Shown: positions 9,301 through 18,921 of the stretch, in pieces | Layout: each line of letters starts with the position of its first letter | Position numbering within the stretch: the first letter of the stretch is position 1 | NCBI GenBank assembly: GCA_033763315.1 | Contig: JANRKS010000032.1 | Coordinates: forward strand, 448,001 to 512,000 | Source: Deltaproteobacteria bacterium | Lineage (GTDB): Bacteria; Myxococcota_A; Polyangia; Fen-1088 | Reading direction: 5' to 3' | DNA: 64,000 bases | The notes under the pieces: generated by a model | Told to the model about the DNA's origin: nothing | Databases searched by the model: none | The model's input: the letters and a program-made list of their open reading frames with translations, nothing else | Translations under genes and position numbers: made by a program

Positions 9301-12300
9301 AGCTGGCAGACAACCTTCAGCGTCAGCTTGAACTCACGGCTGATCCCGAAGACGTGGTGACCTTGCTGTCACGCTTGGGCTTGCTGCGCGAACAACGCCT
9401 GGGCCAAGTCGCCGCGGCGGTGGAAACCTATCGCCGCTTACTTGAGATTGAGCCTGAGCATGCCGCCACCATCACGGCGCTTGAGCGCATTTTGCCGAAT
9501 CCGGCACACGAACAAGCGCTGGCCGAACTGCTCGAGCCGGTTTACCGGGCGCGTGGCGATTTCGCTTCGTTGATCCGCGTGATCGAGATCCAAATCAAAC
9601 ACATCGAAGAGCCGCAACGAAGGTTGCAGCGCTTGCACGAGATCGCCACCTGTTACGAAGACGGGCTGGACGATCCCGTTCGTGCTTACGAAGCGTTGGC
9701 GCGTGGTTTGGTTGAAGATGCATTGGATGCGGAAACGCACCGTCGCATCGAGCGTCTCGCTCGCGTGCTGGGCCGGTTCGAAGACTTGATCGAGCGTTAC
9801 CGCACGATCGTAAAATCGGTTGCCGAACCTGAACTTAAGCGCGCCTTGTTCCACAAGATCGCGCAACTGGCGTCCCAAGAAGTGGGCCGTGATGACGTGG
9901 CGGCAGAGGCCTATCTGCAAGCCATTGAAGTGGCGCCCAACGATCTGGAAGCGGCCGACGCTCTGCAGGCCATCTACACCCGCAGCGGCGATTACAAGCA
10001 GCTGGTCTCGCTTTACCGCAAGAAGATGGACATGGTGTCGGACCCCGGCGTTCGTAAGGATTTGGGCTTTAAAGCCGCTCAGATCTACGAAGAGATCCTG
10101 GAAACGCCCGATGAGGCCATTGGTGCGTTTAAGCAAATTTTGGCCACGGACGACGCCGATCGCGCCGCGCTTGAAAACCTGGAACGCCTGTATGTGCGGC
10201 TGGGCCGTTGGAGCGATCTAAAGGACGTTTACAGCCGCAAGGCGGAACTGGCGCAAGATCCGGCTGAACGCAAACGCAGCCTGTATGTGTTGGGCCAGGT
10301 TTACGATCGCGAACTCGCGGATCCCGCGCGCGCCATCGAGACGTATAGCTCCGTTTTAGACATCGATCCCAACGACATGGAGGCATTGCAGGCGTTGGAT
10401 CGCCTGTACGCGCAAACCGAACGTTGGTACGACCTGCTGGCGATCTTGGAGCGCCAAACCGAGCTTTCGCCTTCAAGCGCCGAAGTGGTTTCGTTGCGCT
10501 TCCGCGTGGGTGATTTGTGGCGCGAGAAGTTGGGCGACTTGGCCCGTGCGTGTGAGGCCTATGGGCAAGTTCTGTCCATCGATCCGACGCACGAACAAAC
10601 GTTGGCGGCGCTTGAAGACATGATGGCGCGCGGCCAAGAGCCGATCACCGCCGCCCGCGTGCTTGAGCCGATCTACGAAGTGGCGAGCGACTGGGACAAG
10701 GTTGTTCGCGTTTACGAAGTGATGGTCGCCCACACGGCAGACGCCGCCACGAAGCTTGAGTTGCTGTGGCAAATCGCTCAAATCCAAGAGCGCCGCCTGG
10801 GCAATTTCGACGACGCCTTTGGCGCTTATGGGCGGGCGTTGGCCGTGGATCCCACGAACAACGATACCATCGCTCACTTGGATCGTTTGGCTCAGGTCAC
10901 AGGACGCTGGGCCGATATGGCGCAGTTGCTTGAATCGCAGCTGGGTAAGATCGAGGACGCACGCCTGCAGGTGGAACTGCTGCTGCGTGTGGCGCGCATC
11001 TATGAAGGCGAGACGCGCGAAGATGATAAGGCCATCGCCGCTTACAAGCGCGTGGCCGACATCGAACCAGAACGTCGCGAAGGCCTTGATGCGCTCGACC
11101 GCCTCTACACCAAGGCAAGCCGCTGGGAAGAGTTGGCAGAGGTGCTTCGCAAAGAAGTCCGTCTGGCAGGCTCTGAAGAAGAGATCATCTCGTTTACCTT
11201 CCGGTTGGCGCAGGTGTTGGAACTGGCGCTTGGCGACGTGGCCGGCGCGGTTGATTGCTACCAAGACATCCTGAACGCGGATCCGGCGCATCCGGAGACG
11301 CGCGCGTCGCTTGAGAACCTGTTGCGGGCCGGCACGATGCAGGCCGAAATCGCTCAGATCCTTGAGCCGCTTTACCGCTTGGGCGAAGAGTGGGAAAAGC
11401 TGGTTGACCTTTACCAGACTGAGCTCACCCGCCTTACGGACAAAGAAGAGCGCGTGAACCTGGTCCGGCGCTTGGCCGACATCGCGGAGAACAAGCTTTA
11501 CGATCAAGTGGGCGCGTTCGAGTGGTGGTGCCGCCTGGTGCTCGAAGATCCTTCGAGCGAAGCGGCCTACGAAGATTTAGTACGCTTGGCAAAGGCCACG
11601 CACCAGTGGGAGCTCTACGTTGGCACGCTGACCGAAGCCGCCCAGCAGGCGACAGATCCCGTCATCAAACGCACCGCTTTGTTGCGTTTGGCCAGCACCT
11701 ACGAGCACGAGCTGCGCAATTTGGCTTCGGCCGAACAAGTGTTGCAGGTGGTGCTGCAAACCAACGCTCAGGATCCGCAAGCGCTTGAATCGCTGGATCG
11801 GATCTACAACGCCCAAGGACAGCACGAAAAACTGGCAGACGTTCTGCGCCGTCGCATCGCTGTGACGGACGACGGCCGCGATCTTGTGCAGCTGAACCTG
11901 CGCTTGGGCCGCGTGGTGGGTGAAGTTTTGGGCGACACTGAAGCCGCCATTCGCGCCTACGATCAAGTGTTGGAGGCGGAGTCGCGTTCGCCTGAAGCGC
12001 TCGAGGCCTTGGAGCGTTTGTTCCTGCGCGCTGAACGCTGGCAAGATCTGTTCGGTGTGTATGAGAAGATGGTGGACATCGCCCGCGGCGATGCGGCGCT
12101 GTCTGACTGCTACGCCCGCATGGCGACGTTGACCGCGCAGGTGTTTGACGATCGCGAAAAGGCGATCGATCTGTGGAAGCGCGTGTTGGATTTGCGCGGC
12201 CCGGATTTGGTGGCGCTCACCAACTTGGCTGATCTTTACGAGGTGGCTGGCGAATGGCGCGAGCTCACCGACATTCTGGACAGCCAGATTCGCGTCACCG

Positions 12301-15300
12301 ACGATCCGAACGTCAAGATCCCGCTTTACAAGCGCTTGGGTCGCATCTGGGGCGAGCAGCTTTCACGTGAGCGCAACGCGCTTGAGTGTTGGCTGGCGGT
12401 GCTTGAGCTTGATCCCTCGGATGTTGAGGCGCTCAAGGCGTTGGCCGTCAACTACCGCGCCACCGGCGCTTGGGAAGAGCTGGCGGATGCGCTTCGCCGT
12501 TTGATCTACTTGGGCCCAGGCGTGTTGCCATCCGAGGAACTCAAAGAGCTTTACGCTCAATTGGGTGAACTTGAGGGGCAGACGCTTATGCGCACCGACG
12601 CCGCGATCGAAGCGTGGCGTGAGGTGTTGAACCTCGATCCCGAAGACTTCCGAGCCATGGCGGCGTTGGAAGGCTTGTTTACGCAAGAGGCGCGCTGGGA
12701 AGAGTGCGTCGAGATCTTAGAGCGCCGCGCGAATGCGCTGACCGATCACGCCGACAAGGTCGACGTGATGATGCAGGCGGCAAGCATCTGGGCTGACAAG
12801 ATCGGCAACACCGCGCAGGCGGCAGGCGTTTACGAGCGCCTGATGGAGATCGATCCGAACAACCAAGTTGCCTCGGTCGAACTCGAACAGATTTACCGCC
12901 AACAAGAGAACTGGGAGCCGTTGATTGGCTTGCTGGTCGGTCGCGCCGAAGACGTAAACGCGGCGCCTCGGCAACGGCAAGAGAGCCTGTGCGCCGTGGC
13001 GGAGATCTACGAACGCCAACTGGGCGACGCAGACAACGCGTTCACCGTGTTGGGGGCAGCGTTTGAGATTGATTTCTCAAACGATCACGTCGCGGCCGAG
13101 CTTGAACGCTTGGCCACGCAAGCGGGCAAGTGGAACGAGCTTGTGGGTCAATGGACCCAAGTGGCCCAGGCCGAGCAGGATCCAAAGGTCGCCGCGGATC
13201 TGTGGGTCAAGATCGCTCGTTGGGGCGATTCCGCTCTGCAAAACACGGACTACGCCATTCAAACGGCTACGTACGCTTTGCAACTCGACGCGAACAACGC
13301 GGGCGCCATGCAGGCGTTGTCTGACTTCTACCGCAAGAAGCAGATGTGGCCTGACTTGGTGGCCATTCTCGCGCGCCACGCCGACGTCGAGGAGGATCAG
13401 GACAAGCGCGTCGCGACGCTGCTGTCGCTCGCCGAGACCTACGAGAATCAAATGGGCGACGTGGCCTCCGCCACGGACGCTTACGAACGAGCCTTAAGCG
13501 CGGATCCGCGTTCGATGGCGGCCATTGATGCGCTCGAACGCTTGTATCGTCGCACCAGCGCCTGGGATCGCTTGGTGGATGTGCTGGCCAAAAAGTCGCA
13601 CTCGGTGGACGACAGCGATGAATCAATTCGCTTGTCGCTGCAGGTGGGCCAGATCTGGGAAGAGCGCTTGGGCGACGATCGTCGTGCCATCGACGCTTAC
13701 AAAGAGGTGTTGATCGCGGACGCGCGCAACACCAACGCGCTGGATGCGTTGGAACGCCTTTACGGCAAGACCAACCAGCTTGAAGCGCAGATGGACATCG
13801 TCGAGCAGAAGCTCGAGGTGGCCGACGTGGGCGCCGACCGCATTCGGTTGCTGCAGCGCCAAGCCAAAATGTGGGAAGAAACCTTCCGCAAGCCTGACCG
13901 CGCGATTGAATCGCTGCAAACGGCGCTCATGCAGGACGAAGGCTTCATCCAGGCCTACCGCGATCTGGAGCGCCTCTACCGCGTTGAAAAGCGTTGGGAA
14001 GATCTGGTCGAGAACTACCGTCGCCACATCCTGGTGACGAACGATCCGGCCGAGCGCACCGCCCTTTATTACCAAATGGGCTTGGTCTACGAAAAAGAGA
14101 TCAAGGACTACGACCGCGCCATCGAAGCTTACGACGATGTCGTTTCGTTCCAACCCGATCACGTCGAAGCGCTCTCCGCTCTGTCACGCCTTTACGAACT
14201 GACGGAAAACTGGGATCGCGCCGTGGACGTGATGACCCGCATCGCGGGCTCTGTGGAAGGCCCTCAGCGCGTCGAGCTCAACTACCGTTTGGGCAAGATC
14301 TACGACGAACAAATGCGCATGCCTGATCAGGCGGAGCAGTGGTTGTCGGAGGCCTTGGCCCTCGATCCCGGCCACTTGCCCAGCATGATGGCGTTGCTGA
14401 ACCTGTACAAATCACGCGGCGACAGCCTCAAGGCCGCCACGTTGATGGAGCGGGCCGAAGGCCAAACGCGCAACACGCTTGAGAAGACGCGCCTGCTTTA
14501 CGACGCCGGCCGTTTGTACCTCGACGATTTGGGCGACGAAGATCGCGCCATGGCGATGTTCGCCCGCGTGGTTGAGCTGGATCCGGAGCACGCCGAAGCT
14601 GGCGAGCCGTTGGCCGAGCTTTATTTCCAGCGCGAGCAATGGGCGCCTTTGGTGCCGGTGCTTGAGATGTTGGCGCGCAAAAAAGATCGCAAGAGCGCGC
14701 GCGAACTGCATCCCACCTACTTCCGTTTGGCGAAAGCCTGCGCGGCGCTTGGGTTGGATGAAAAGGCGCTTAAATACTACAAGCAAGCCTTTGATCTTGA
14801 TTCAACCCACCTGCCCACCTTGATGGGGCGCGCGGATCTGCTGTATCGCAAAGAGCAGTGGGACGACGCCTTCAAGCTGTACCAAACGATTTTGGTGCAC
14901 CACCGCGAGGCCCAGGGTGACGATCAGATCGTCGAGATCTTCTACCGCATTGGCCGCATCAAGTTGAAGGTGGGCGAGAAGCCCAAGGCCATCAACATGT
15001 TTGAGAAGGCGCTTGAGGTACAGCCCGGCCACAAGCCGACGCTCGAAGCGCTCTCGGAGATCTACGCCGCCGCCGGTGACTGGGAAGCCGTCATCAAGCA
15101 AAAGCGCGTTCTGCTGGCCAACGCCCGCACCGACGAAGAGCGGATGGAGCTGCTGCAGCAGATCATCGACATCTACCTCGGCAAGGTGAACGATAAGCAA
15201 AAGGCAATTGCCGCTTACCTTGAGATGCTGGACATCGAGCCAAGCTCGATGAGCCTGCTGCACAAGGTTTTGGCGTTGTTCTCTGAAACCAGGCAATGGA

Positions 15301-16805
15301 AGAAGGCCGTGGAAACGGCGCTGCGCTTGGCCGAGGTGGACACCGACAAGATTCGCCGCGCGAAGTACTTCGAGGCCGCAGGTAACTTCACCAATTCCGA
15401 GCTCAACTCACCTGACGAAGCGATCGAATTTTACAACCAGGCGTTGGATGAGAATCCCGACGATCTGAAGGTGTTCGAACGCATCGACAAGATCCTGACC
15501 AAGAAGAAGGATTGGAAGAACCAAGAGCGCGCGTACCGCCGCATGATCAAGCGCTTGGGCACCGATGTGCCGGAAGACAAGCGCCCCACGCAGGTGGCTT
15601 TGTGGCGCGGCTTGGGTGAAATCTATCGTTCGCGTCTCAAAGATCTGAACGCCGCCATTCAAACGTTTGAAGTGTGCGTGGGCCTTGAACCGGGCAACTT
15701 CAAAACGCGTGAGATTTTGGCCGAGCTTTACTCTGTCTCGGGCCCCGAGCATGCGGAGAAGGCGTCACGCGAATACCGTGTGCTGATCAATAAGGCGCCG
15801 GATCTGCCGCAGATGGTGCCTTACATCCACCTGCTGTGGAACTCGTTCAAAGAAACCAACAACTACGACCGCGCTTGGTGCGTGGCCCACGTGTTGACGT
15901 TCTTGCGCCAAGCCAATGAGGAGCAAGCGCGCTTTTACGAGCAGTACAAGATCAAGGGCATGCAGAAGACGCGGCTGCGCCTCACCGAGGAAATGTGGCG
16001 TCGCTTCGTGTTCCACAAGGACGAGGATTGGTTCTTGTCGCAAATCATGGCCACGATCAGCGAGGCCGTGGTGCAGCACACGCTGGTGGACATGAAGACC
16101 ACCGGCGTGCGTCGCAAAGACGCGCGCGACATCACGAGCGATCCGCTGCTGTTCAGCAAGATCTTCAGCTCGGTGACCTTGGCCTTGAACGTGCCGCCGC
16201 CCGCGGTGTTCTTGCGCGAAGAGAACCCTGGCGACATGGCGTTCTATTCGCTGTTCGACAAGCAGGGGCCGTTGCCCGCGGTTGTCGTGGGCAATGCGCT
16301 TTTGCAAGGACGCACGGAAAAGGACCTGGCGTACTTGCTGGGACGCAAGGTGGCCTTGTTGCGCGCCGATCACTTGGTGCGTTGGCCAACCATGGTGGAA
16401 CAGGTGGCGCAGCTCAAGGCGTTCGTCATTGCCGCGATCAAACGTGTGCAACCGAACATCCCTGTGCCGCCCGATATGGCGCCGGCTTTGCCGAGCTACA
16501 TGGCCATCCTTGAACGTATGTCGGGCCGATCGCTTGAACATCTGGCAGCGGTTGTGAACCAACTGATGCAATTCAAGGGCGATCTGAACACCAACAAGTG
16601 GGTCAAAGGTGTGGACTTCACCGCCACCCGCGCCGGCTTCTTGATGTGCAGCGACTTGGAGGTGGCGTCTCGCCTGATTCAGGCCGAACCCATGACCGTG
16701 GGGATGGCGGATCCGCGCGAGAAGATCCGTGACCTCATCGAGTGGGCGATCTCTGACGAGTACTTTACGTTGCGCCAACAGGTCGGCATCAGCATCGGAA
16801 GCTGA
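6378..16805 (+). CDS. gltI: Giant TPR-repeat gliding-motility protein GltI/AgmK (3475 aa)
   Basis: GTG start after GGAGGA; dozens of repeats of the type xxALxALxRLYxxxxRWxxLxxxL; no signal peptide; downstream of gltD-G as in myxobacterial glt clusters. Confidence 0.8.
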   Translation: MGKSKVPKQPESAQMSQQTEPPQQDFPAELKEQVAAALAAEGESVDKGIDAWKKIVQAAPEAWAPRRELARVYKQAERWKNYVDILSEGVDKASWSSDADKVPLLWEMVEVYRDRLKLNQKVISSFTQLLTIAPDNLEAVDALAEQYEAMNRWPDVISLLRKKVEVVATVPEKIALHLRIANLYIEKFSNQAEAIKAFEAVLDLDSSNASALDYLKQMYEKRRDWDKLLKIQLAEIERLTNPSERAARLLEVAKLASERLKRAPVSIDLWERVLAESPASAEALTELEKLYEREKNYDRLAAVLEQRVAVGAIDADPVVVLVKLATLYNDRLENNSKAIETWQKLLTIDPENRRAQDAVKKLYVTLKDWDALEKFYAGQNRWDEFVRVLERQADTEEGEGRVSLALKIGSLYRDRLERADRATRAFEKALEADANNLAAAEALVPLYEQSNDAAKLAGVLKVVLAHTKDPAERQERMLKIVELLDGPGRDKPGAADMALRAFAEAPEQAWPRQWAERLAAEVGNWEALAAAYEQGLNSVKGEAKLGLLRTLARVYERELMDAETAIACNRRVLEASADDAEAVDALQRLFIATERYEDLLAIYDKKLAMATTDDERRDVRFKLASLYEEEVKDADKAIEAYSAILKEAPEETAALQALDRLYSATSNWKELAKTLERELALALDEVASADLIYRLGKIKEDHLGNPEGAVEAYTRALGLYPAHEEARHALEAHLAKSPHQMAAVAALEPIYEQLQDLPRLVEVQRIKLANEKDKQARVNLLLRVGALEAALEHNVPAFEAYAAAFKESPASGKARAALQDLAATLERWDGLAALYEEALTAGGLEPSLERELLTVLAEVYDTRLGRSDKAVACLQRAQEIAPEDASALDSLVNLYTRTERWPELVETLKRKAELVTDGEVRQEIYERIATIAEEMTGNNADAIAAWKEVLSENASSVRALRALDRLYAHEGLDTELADNLQRQLELTADPEDVVTLLSRLGLLREQRLGQVAAAVETYRRLLEIEPEHAATITALERILPNPAHEQALAELLEPVYRARGDFASLIRVIEIQIKHIEEPQRRLQRLHEIATCYEDGLDDPVRAYEALARGLVEDALDAETHRRIERLARVLGRFEDLIERYRTIVKSVAEPELKRALFHKIAQLASQEVGRDDVAAEAYLQAIEVAPNDLEAADALQAIYTRSGDYKQLVSLYRKKMDMVSDPGVRKDLGFKAAQIYEEILETPDEAIGAFKQILATDDADRAALENLERLYVRLGRWSDLKDVYSRKAELAQDPAERKRSLYVLGQVYDRELADPARAIETYSSVLDIDPNDMEALQALDRLYAQTERWYDLLAILERQTELSPSSAEVVSLRFRVGDLWREKLGDLARACEAYGQVLSIDPTHEQTLAALEDMMARGQEPITAARVLEPIYEVASDWDKVVRVYEVMVAHTADAATKLELLWQIAQIQERRLGNFDDAFGAYGRALAVDPTNNDTIAHLDRLAQVTGRWADMAQLLESQLGKIEDARLQVELLLRVARIYEGETREDDKAIAAYKRVADIEPERREGLDALDRLYTKASRWEELAEVLRKEVRLAGSEEEIISFTFRLAQVLELALGDVAGAVDCYQDILNADPAHPETRASLENLLRAGTMQAEIAQILEPLYRLGEEWEKLVDLYQTELTRLTDKEERVNLVRRLADIAENKLYDQVGAFEWWCRLVLEDPSSEAAYEDLVRLAKATHQWELYVGTLTEAAQQATDPVIKRTALLRLASTYEHELRNLASAEQVLQVVLQTNAQDPQALESLDRIYNAQGQHEKLADVLRRRIAVTDDGRDLVQLNLRLGRVVGEVLGDTEAAIRAYDQVLEAESRSPEALEALERLFLRAERWQDLFGVYEKMVDIARGDAALSDCYARMATLTAQVFDDREKAIDLWKRVLDLRGPDLVALTNLADLYEVAGEWRELTDILDSQIRVTDDPNVKIPLYKRLGRIWGEQLSRERNALECWLAVLELDPSDVEALKALAVNYRATGAWEELADALRRLIYLGPGVLPSEELKELYAQLGELEGQTLMRTDAAIEAWREVLNLDPEDFRAMAALEGLFTQEARWEECVEILERRANALTDHADKVDVMMQAASIWADKIGNTAQAAGVYERLMEIDPNNQVASVELEQIYRQQENWEPLIGLLVGRAEDVNAAPRQRQESLCAVAEIYERQLGDADNAFTVLGAAFEIDFSNDHVAAELERLATQAGKWNELVGQWTQVAQAEQDPKVAADLWVKIARWGDSALQNTDYAIQTATYALQLDANNAGAMQALSDFYRKKQMWPDLVAILARHADVEEDQDKRVATLLSLAETYENQMGDVASATDAYERALSADPRSMAAIDALERLYRRTSAWDRLVDVLAKKSHSVDDSDESIRLSLQVGQIWEERLGDDRRAIDAYKEVLIADARNTNALDALERLYGKTNQLEAQMDIVEQKLEVADVGADRIRLLQRQAKMWEETFRKPDRAIESLQTALMQDEGFIQAYRDLERLYRVEKRWEDLVENYRRHILVTNDPAERTALYYQMGLVYEKEIKDYDRAIEAYDDVVSFQPDHVEALSALSRLYELTENWDRAVDVMTRIAGSVEGPQRVELNYRLGKIYDEQMRMPDQAEQWLSEALALDPGHLPSMMALLNLYKSRGDSLKAATLMERAEGQTRNTLEKTRLLYDAGRLYLDDLGDEDRAMAMFARVVELDPEHAEAGEPLAELYFQREQWAPLVPVLEMLARKKDRKSARELHPTYFRLAKACAALGLDEKALKYYKQAFDLDSTHLPTLMGRADLLYRKEQWDDAFKLYQTILVHHREAQGDDQIVEIFYRIGRIKLKVGEKPKAINMFEKALEVQPGHKPTLEALSEIYAAAGDWEAVIKQKRVLLANARTDEERMELLQQIIDIYLGKVNDKQKAIAAYLEMLDIEPSSMSLLHKVLALFSETRQWKKAVETALRLAEVDTDKIRRAKYFEAAGNFTNSELNSPDEAIEFYNQALDENPDDLKVFERIDKILTKKKDWKNQERAYRRMIKRLGTDVPEDKRPTQVALWRGLGEIYRSRLKDLNAAIQTFEVCVGLEPGNFKTREILAELYSVSGPEHAEKASREYRVLINKAPDLPQMVPYIHLLWNSFKETNNYDRAWCVAHVLTFLRQANEEQARFYEQYKIKGMQKTRLRLTEEMWRRFVFHKDEDWFLSQIMATISEAVVQHTLVDMKTTGVRRKDARDITSDPLLFSKIFSSVTLALNVPPPAVFLREENPGDMAFYSLFDKQGPLPAVVVGNALLQGRTEKDLAYLLGRKVALLRADHLVRWPTMVEQVAQLKAFVIAAIKRVQPNIPVPPDMAPALPSYMAILERMSGRSLEHLAAVVNQLMQFKGDLNTNKWVKGVDFTATRAGFLMCSDLEVASRLIQAEPMTVGMADPREKIRDLIEWAISDEYFTLRQQVGISIGS

Positions 16806-16808
16806 TCC

Positions 16809-18380
16809 ATGTCGGCCACTGTTTCCCTCGTCGCGTTTGCCACAGCCACCATCGGTGCTGTGGTGGGCGCGGCTGTGGGGCGCTGGCGGCGTCGCCTTGA
16901 ACATGAGCAAGCCGCGCGGCACGCGTTGTTGAGCGAGTCCGAGTCCGTGAAACGCCAAGCGATCGACGAAGCGCGCGCGTTTGTTCTTAACGCGGACGTG
17001 TTGGCGCGCGAAGAGGGCCTGTCGCGGCGGCAGGCGGCCGAGGAGCGACTGACGTCGATGTCACGCCGGCTGGAGCGGTTGGTGTTACGCAACGCCAAGC
17101 TTGAGGCCGAAGTGACCGTGCGAAAGGGCGAGCTGGCGCGCACGAAGGCGCAGCTTGAAAAGCGCGAGCAAACCGTTCGCGTGTTCGAGAAAGACGTCAG
17201 CGCCATTCGGAGCGAGGTGCGCAAGGCCGAATCAGACGCCCTTAAGCGCTTAGAGGAAACGAGCGGCATCACGGCGGCCGAGCTGCAGCAACAGCTTGTG
17301 GCGCGCGCCTTGGAAGCGGCCCAGGCCGAGGCGGCCAATGTGGTTCGTCAAGCCGAACAGCAAACGGCGGGCGCCGAACAGATCCGGATGTCGAAGCGCA
17401 TCTTGGGGCTTTCGATCGGGCGGTTCTCGGGGCACTACTTAACCGAACGGCACTTGTCTTTGGTGCCGCTCGGCGAGCCCCGCCGTGGGCGCCCCGCCGT
17501 GGGTGAAGAGCAGCTGGCCATCATCGCTGAGGTTGCCGGTGTGCAATTAACGCTCAACGAAGAGCTCGACGCCGTTCGCCTCGAAGGTCTGGATGGCGTG
17601 GGCCGCGAAGTGGCGCGCCGCTGTTTGAACCGCTGCCTGAAGCGTCCCGTCCGCAACGCGGAAGAGCTCAAGCGCGTGGCGCTGAATCAAAAAGATCAGT
17701 TGGCCAAAGAGCTGCTGGACCTGGGGCGCAAGGCCTTCGCGGCGTTGCGCATCCCGCGCGCGCATCCGGAGATTGTGGATCTGGTGGGCCGTTTGAACTA
17801 CCGCACGAGTTTCACGCAGAACCAATGGAAACACGCCGTCGAGGCGGCGTTTTTGTGCGGCATGATGGCCGAAGAGTTGAAGCTGGACGCGAAGGTGGCC
17901 CGCCGCGCGGCGCTCATGCACGACATCGGCAAGGCGCTCACGCACGAGATCGATGGTTCACACGCCGTGATCGGCGCCGACATTGCGCGCCGGCTGGGCG
18001 AGGCGGAAATTGTGGCCAACGCGATCGGCGCCCACCACACCGACGAGCCGTTCAACAGCCCGTATGCCTTCTTGGTGGCGGCGGCGGACGCGATGTCCGG
18101 CGCGCGGCCCGGCGCCCGTCGCCAAACCGAAGACAATTACGTGGGTAAGATTTCTGATCTCGAGCGCATCACGCGGGGATTCCGGGAAGTGCAGGAAGCG
18201 TTTGCTGTGCAGGGCGGCCGCGAAGTGCGCGTGTACGTTAAAGAAGATCGTGTGGATGATTTAGGCGCCATTGATCTTTCGAGCCGTCTGGCGCAAACCA
18301 TTTCAGACGAGATGACGTTTCCGGGCCAAATTCGCGTCACTGTGATTCGCGAATTCCGTGCGGAAGAAAACGCGGGTTAA
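16809..18380 (+). CDS. rny: Ribonuclease Y-family HD-domain protein (divergent KH domain)
   Basis: N-terminal TM and coiled coil; LNYRTSFTQNQWKH, LMHDIGKA, SHAVIGA, AIGAHH, AADAMSGARPGARR, FAVQGGREVRV, FPGQIRVTVIRE match the RNase Y HD and C-terminal domains. Confidence 0.85.
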   Translation: MSATVSLVAFATATIGAVVGAAVGRWRRRLEHEQAARHALLSESESVKRQAIDEARAFVLNADVLAREEGLSRRQAAEERLTSMSRRLERLVLRNAKLEAEVTVRKGELARTKAQLEKREQTVRVFEKDVSAIRSEVRKAESDALKRLEETSGITAAELQQQLVARALEAAQAEAANVVRQAEQQTAGAEQIRMSKRILGLSIGRFSGHYLTERHLSLVPLGEPRRGRPAVGEEQLAIIAEVAGVQLTLNEELDAVRLEGLDGVGREVARRCLNRCLKRPVRNAEELKRVALNQKDQLAKELLDLGRKAFAALRIPRAHPEIVDLVGRLNYRTSFTQNQWKHAVEAAFLCGMMAEELKLDAKVARRAALMHDIGKALTHEIDGSHAVIGADIARRLGEAEIVANAIGAHHTDEPFNSPYAFLVAAADAMSGARPGARRQTEDNYVGKISDLERITRGFREVQEAFAVQGGREVRVYVKEDRVDDLGAIDLSSRLAQTISDEMTFPGQIRVTVIREFRAEENAG

Positions 18381-18386
18381 TCGATC

Positions 18387-18920
18387 ATGTTGCCACCAGC
18401 TTTGTTTTACGGGCTCGCAGGAGCCCTGATTTTTTTCGGCCTCCTGCGCCTTGTGTATCTGGGTGTGTTCGCAGACAAGCGCAGCCCCGCCAAGCCCAAA
18501 GAACCGGCCGGTGGCGTTGGTACCGACGAACGCGGGGACGCGGATGACGATGGCGAAACCATCGACGATGAAACGCGCAGCGAGCGCTACCGTCAGCCGC
18601 CGCGTATGGGCTTCGGCCTCATCAGCTTAATGGGCCTGGGGCGCATGGCGCCCGCGAAACGTCACACAGTGATGGGCGCGTTGTGGATCGTGCTGGGGCT
18701 TTACATGGCGTGGACGGCGTTCAACTTGTCACGCCAGCAGCAAGCGGCGGCCGAGTCCGTCGAAGATCCGGCGCCGATGCGTGTGATTCGTGCACGGGTG
18801 GGAGAACCGGGGCCAGCCGCCGCGCCGCCCGCGGAAGCGAAACCTGCCCCCTCGCAATTAAACGCGGCGCCTGCCGAGATCAAGCCCGCGCCATCTGAGA
18901 CACCACCCACCGCGAAATAA
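18387..18920 (+). CDS. Hypothetical membrane protein (2 TM, Pro/Ala-rich tail)
   Basis: Starts 6 nt after rny; two hydrophobic segments flanking an acidic loop. Confidence 0.7.
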   Translation: MLPPALFYGLAGALIFFGLLRLVYLGVFADKRSPAKPKEPAGGVGTDERGDADDDGETIDDETRSERYRQPPRMGFGLISLMGLGRMAPAKRHTVMGALWIVLGLYMAWTAFNLSRQQQAAAESVEDPAPMRVIRARVGEPGPAAAPPAEAKPAPSQLNAAPAEIKPAPSETPPTAK

Positions 18921-18921
18921 C

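Noticed and set aside
6378-15950. Repetitive DNA within gltI as a possible array or mobile repeat
   Set aside because: Explained by degenerate TPR protein repeats in a continuous reading frame.
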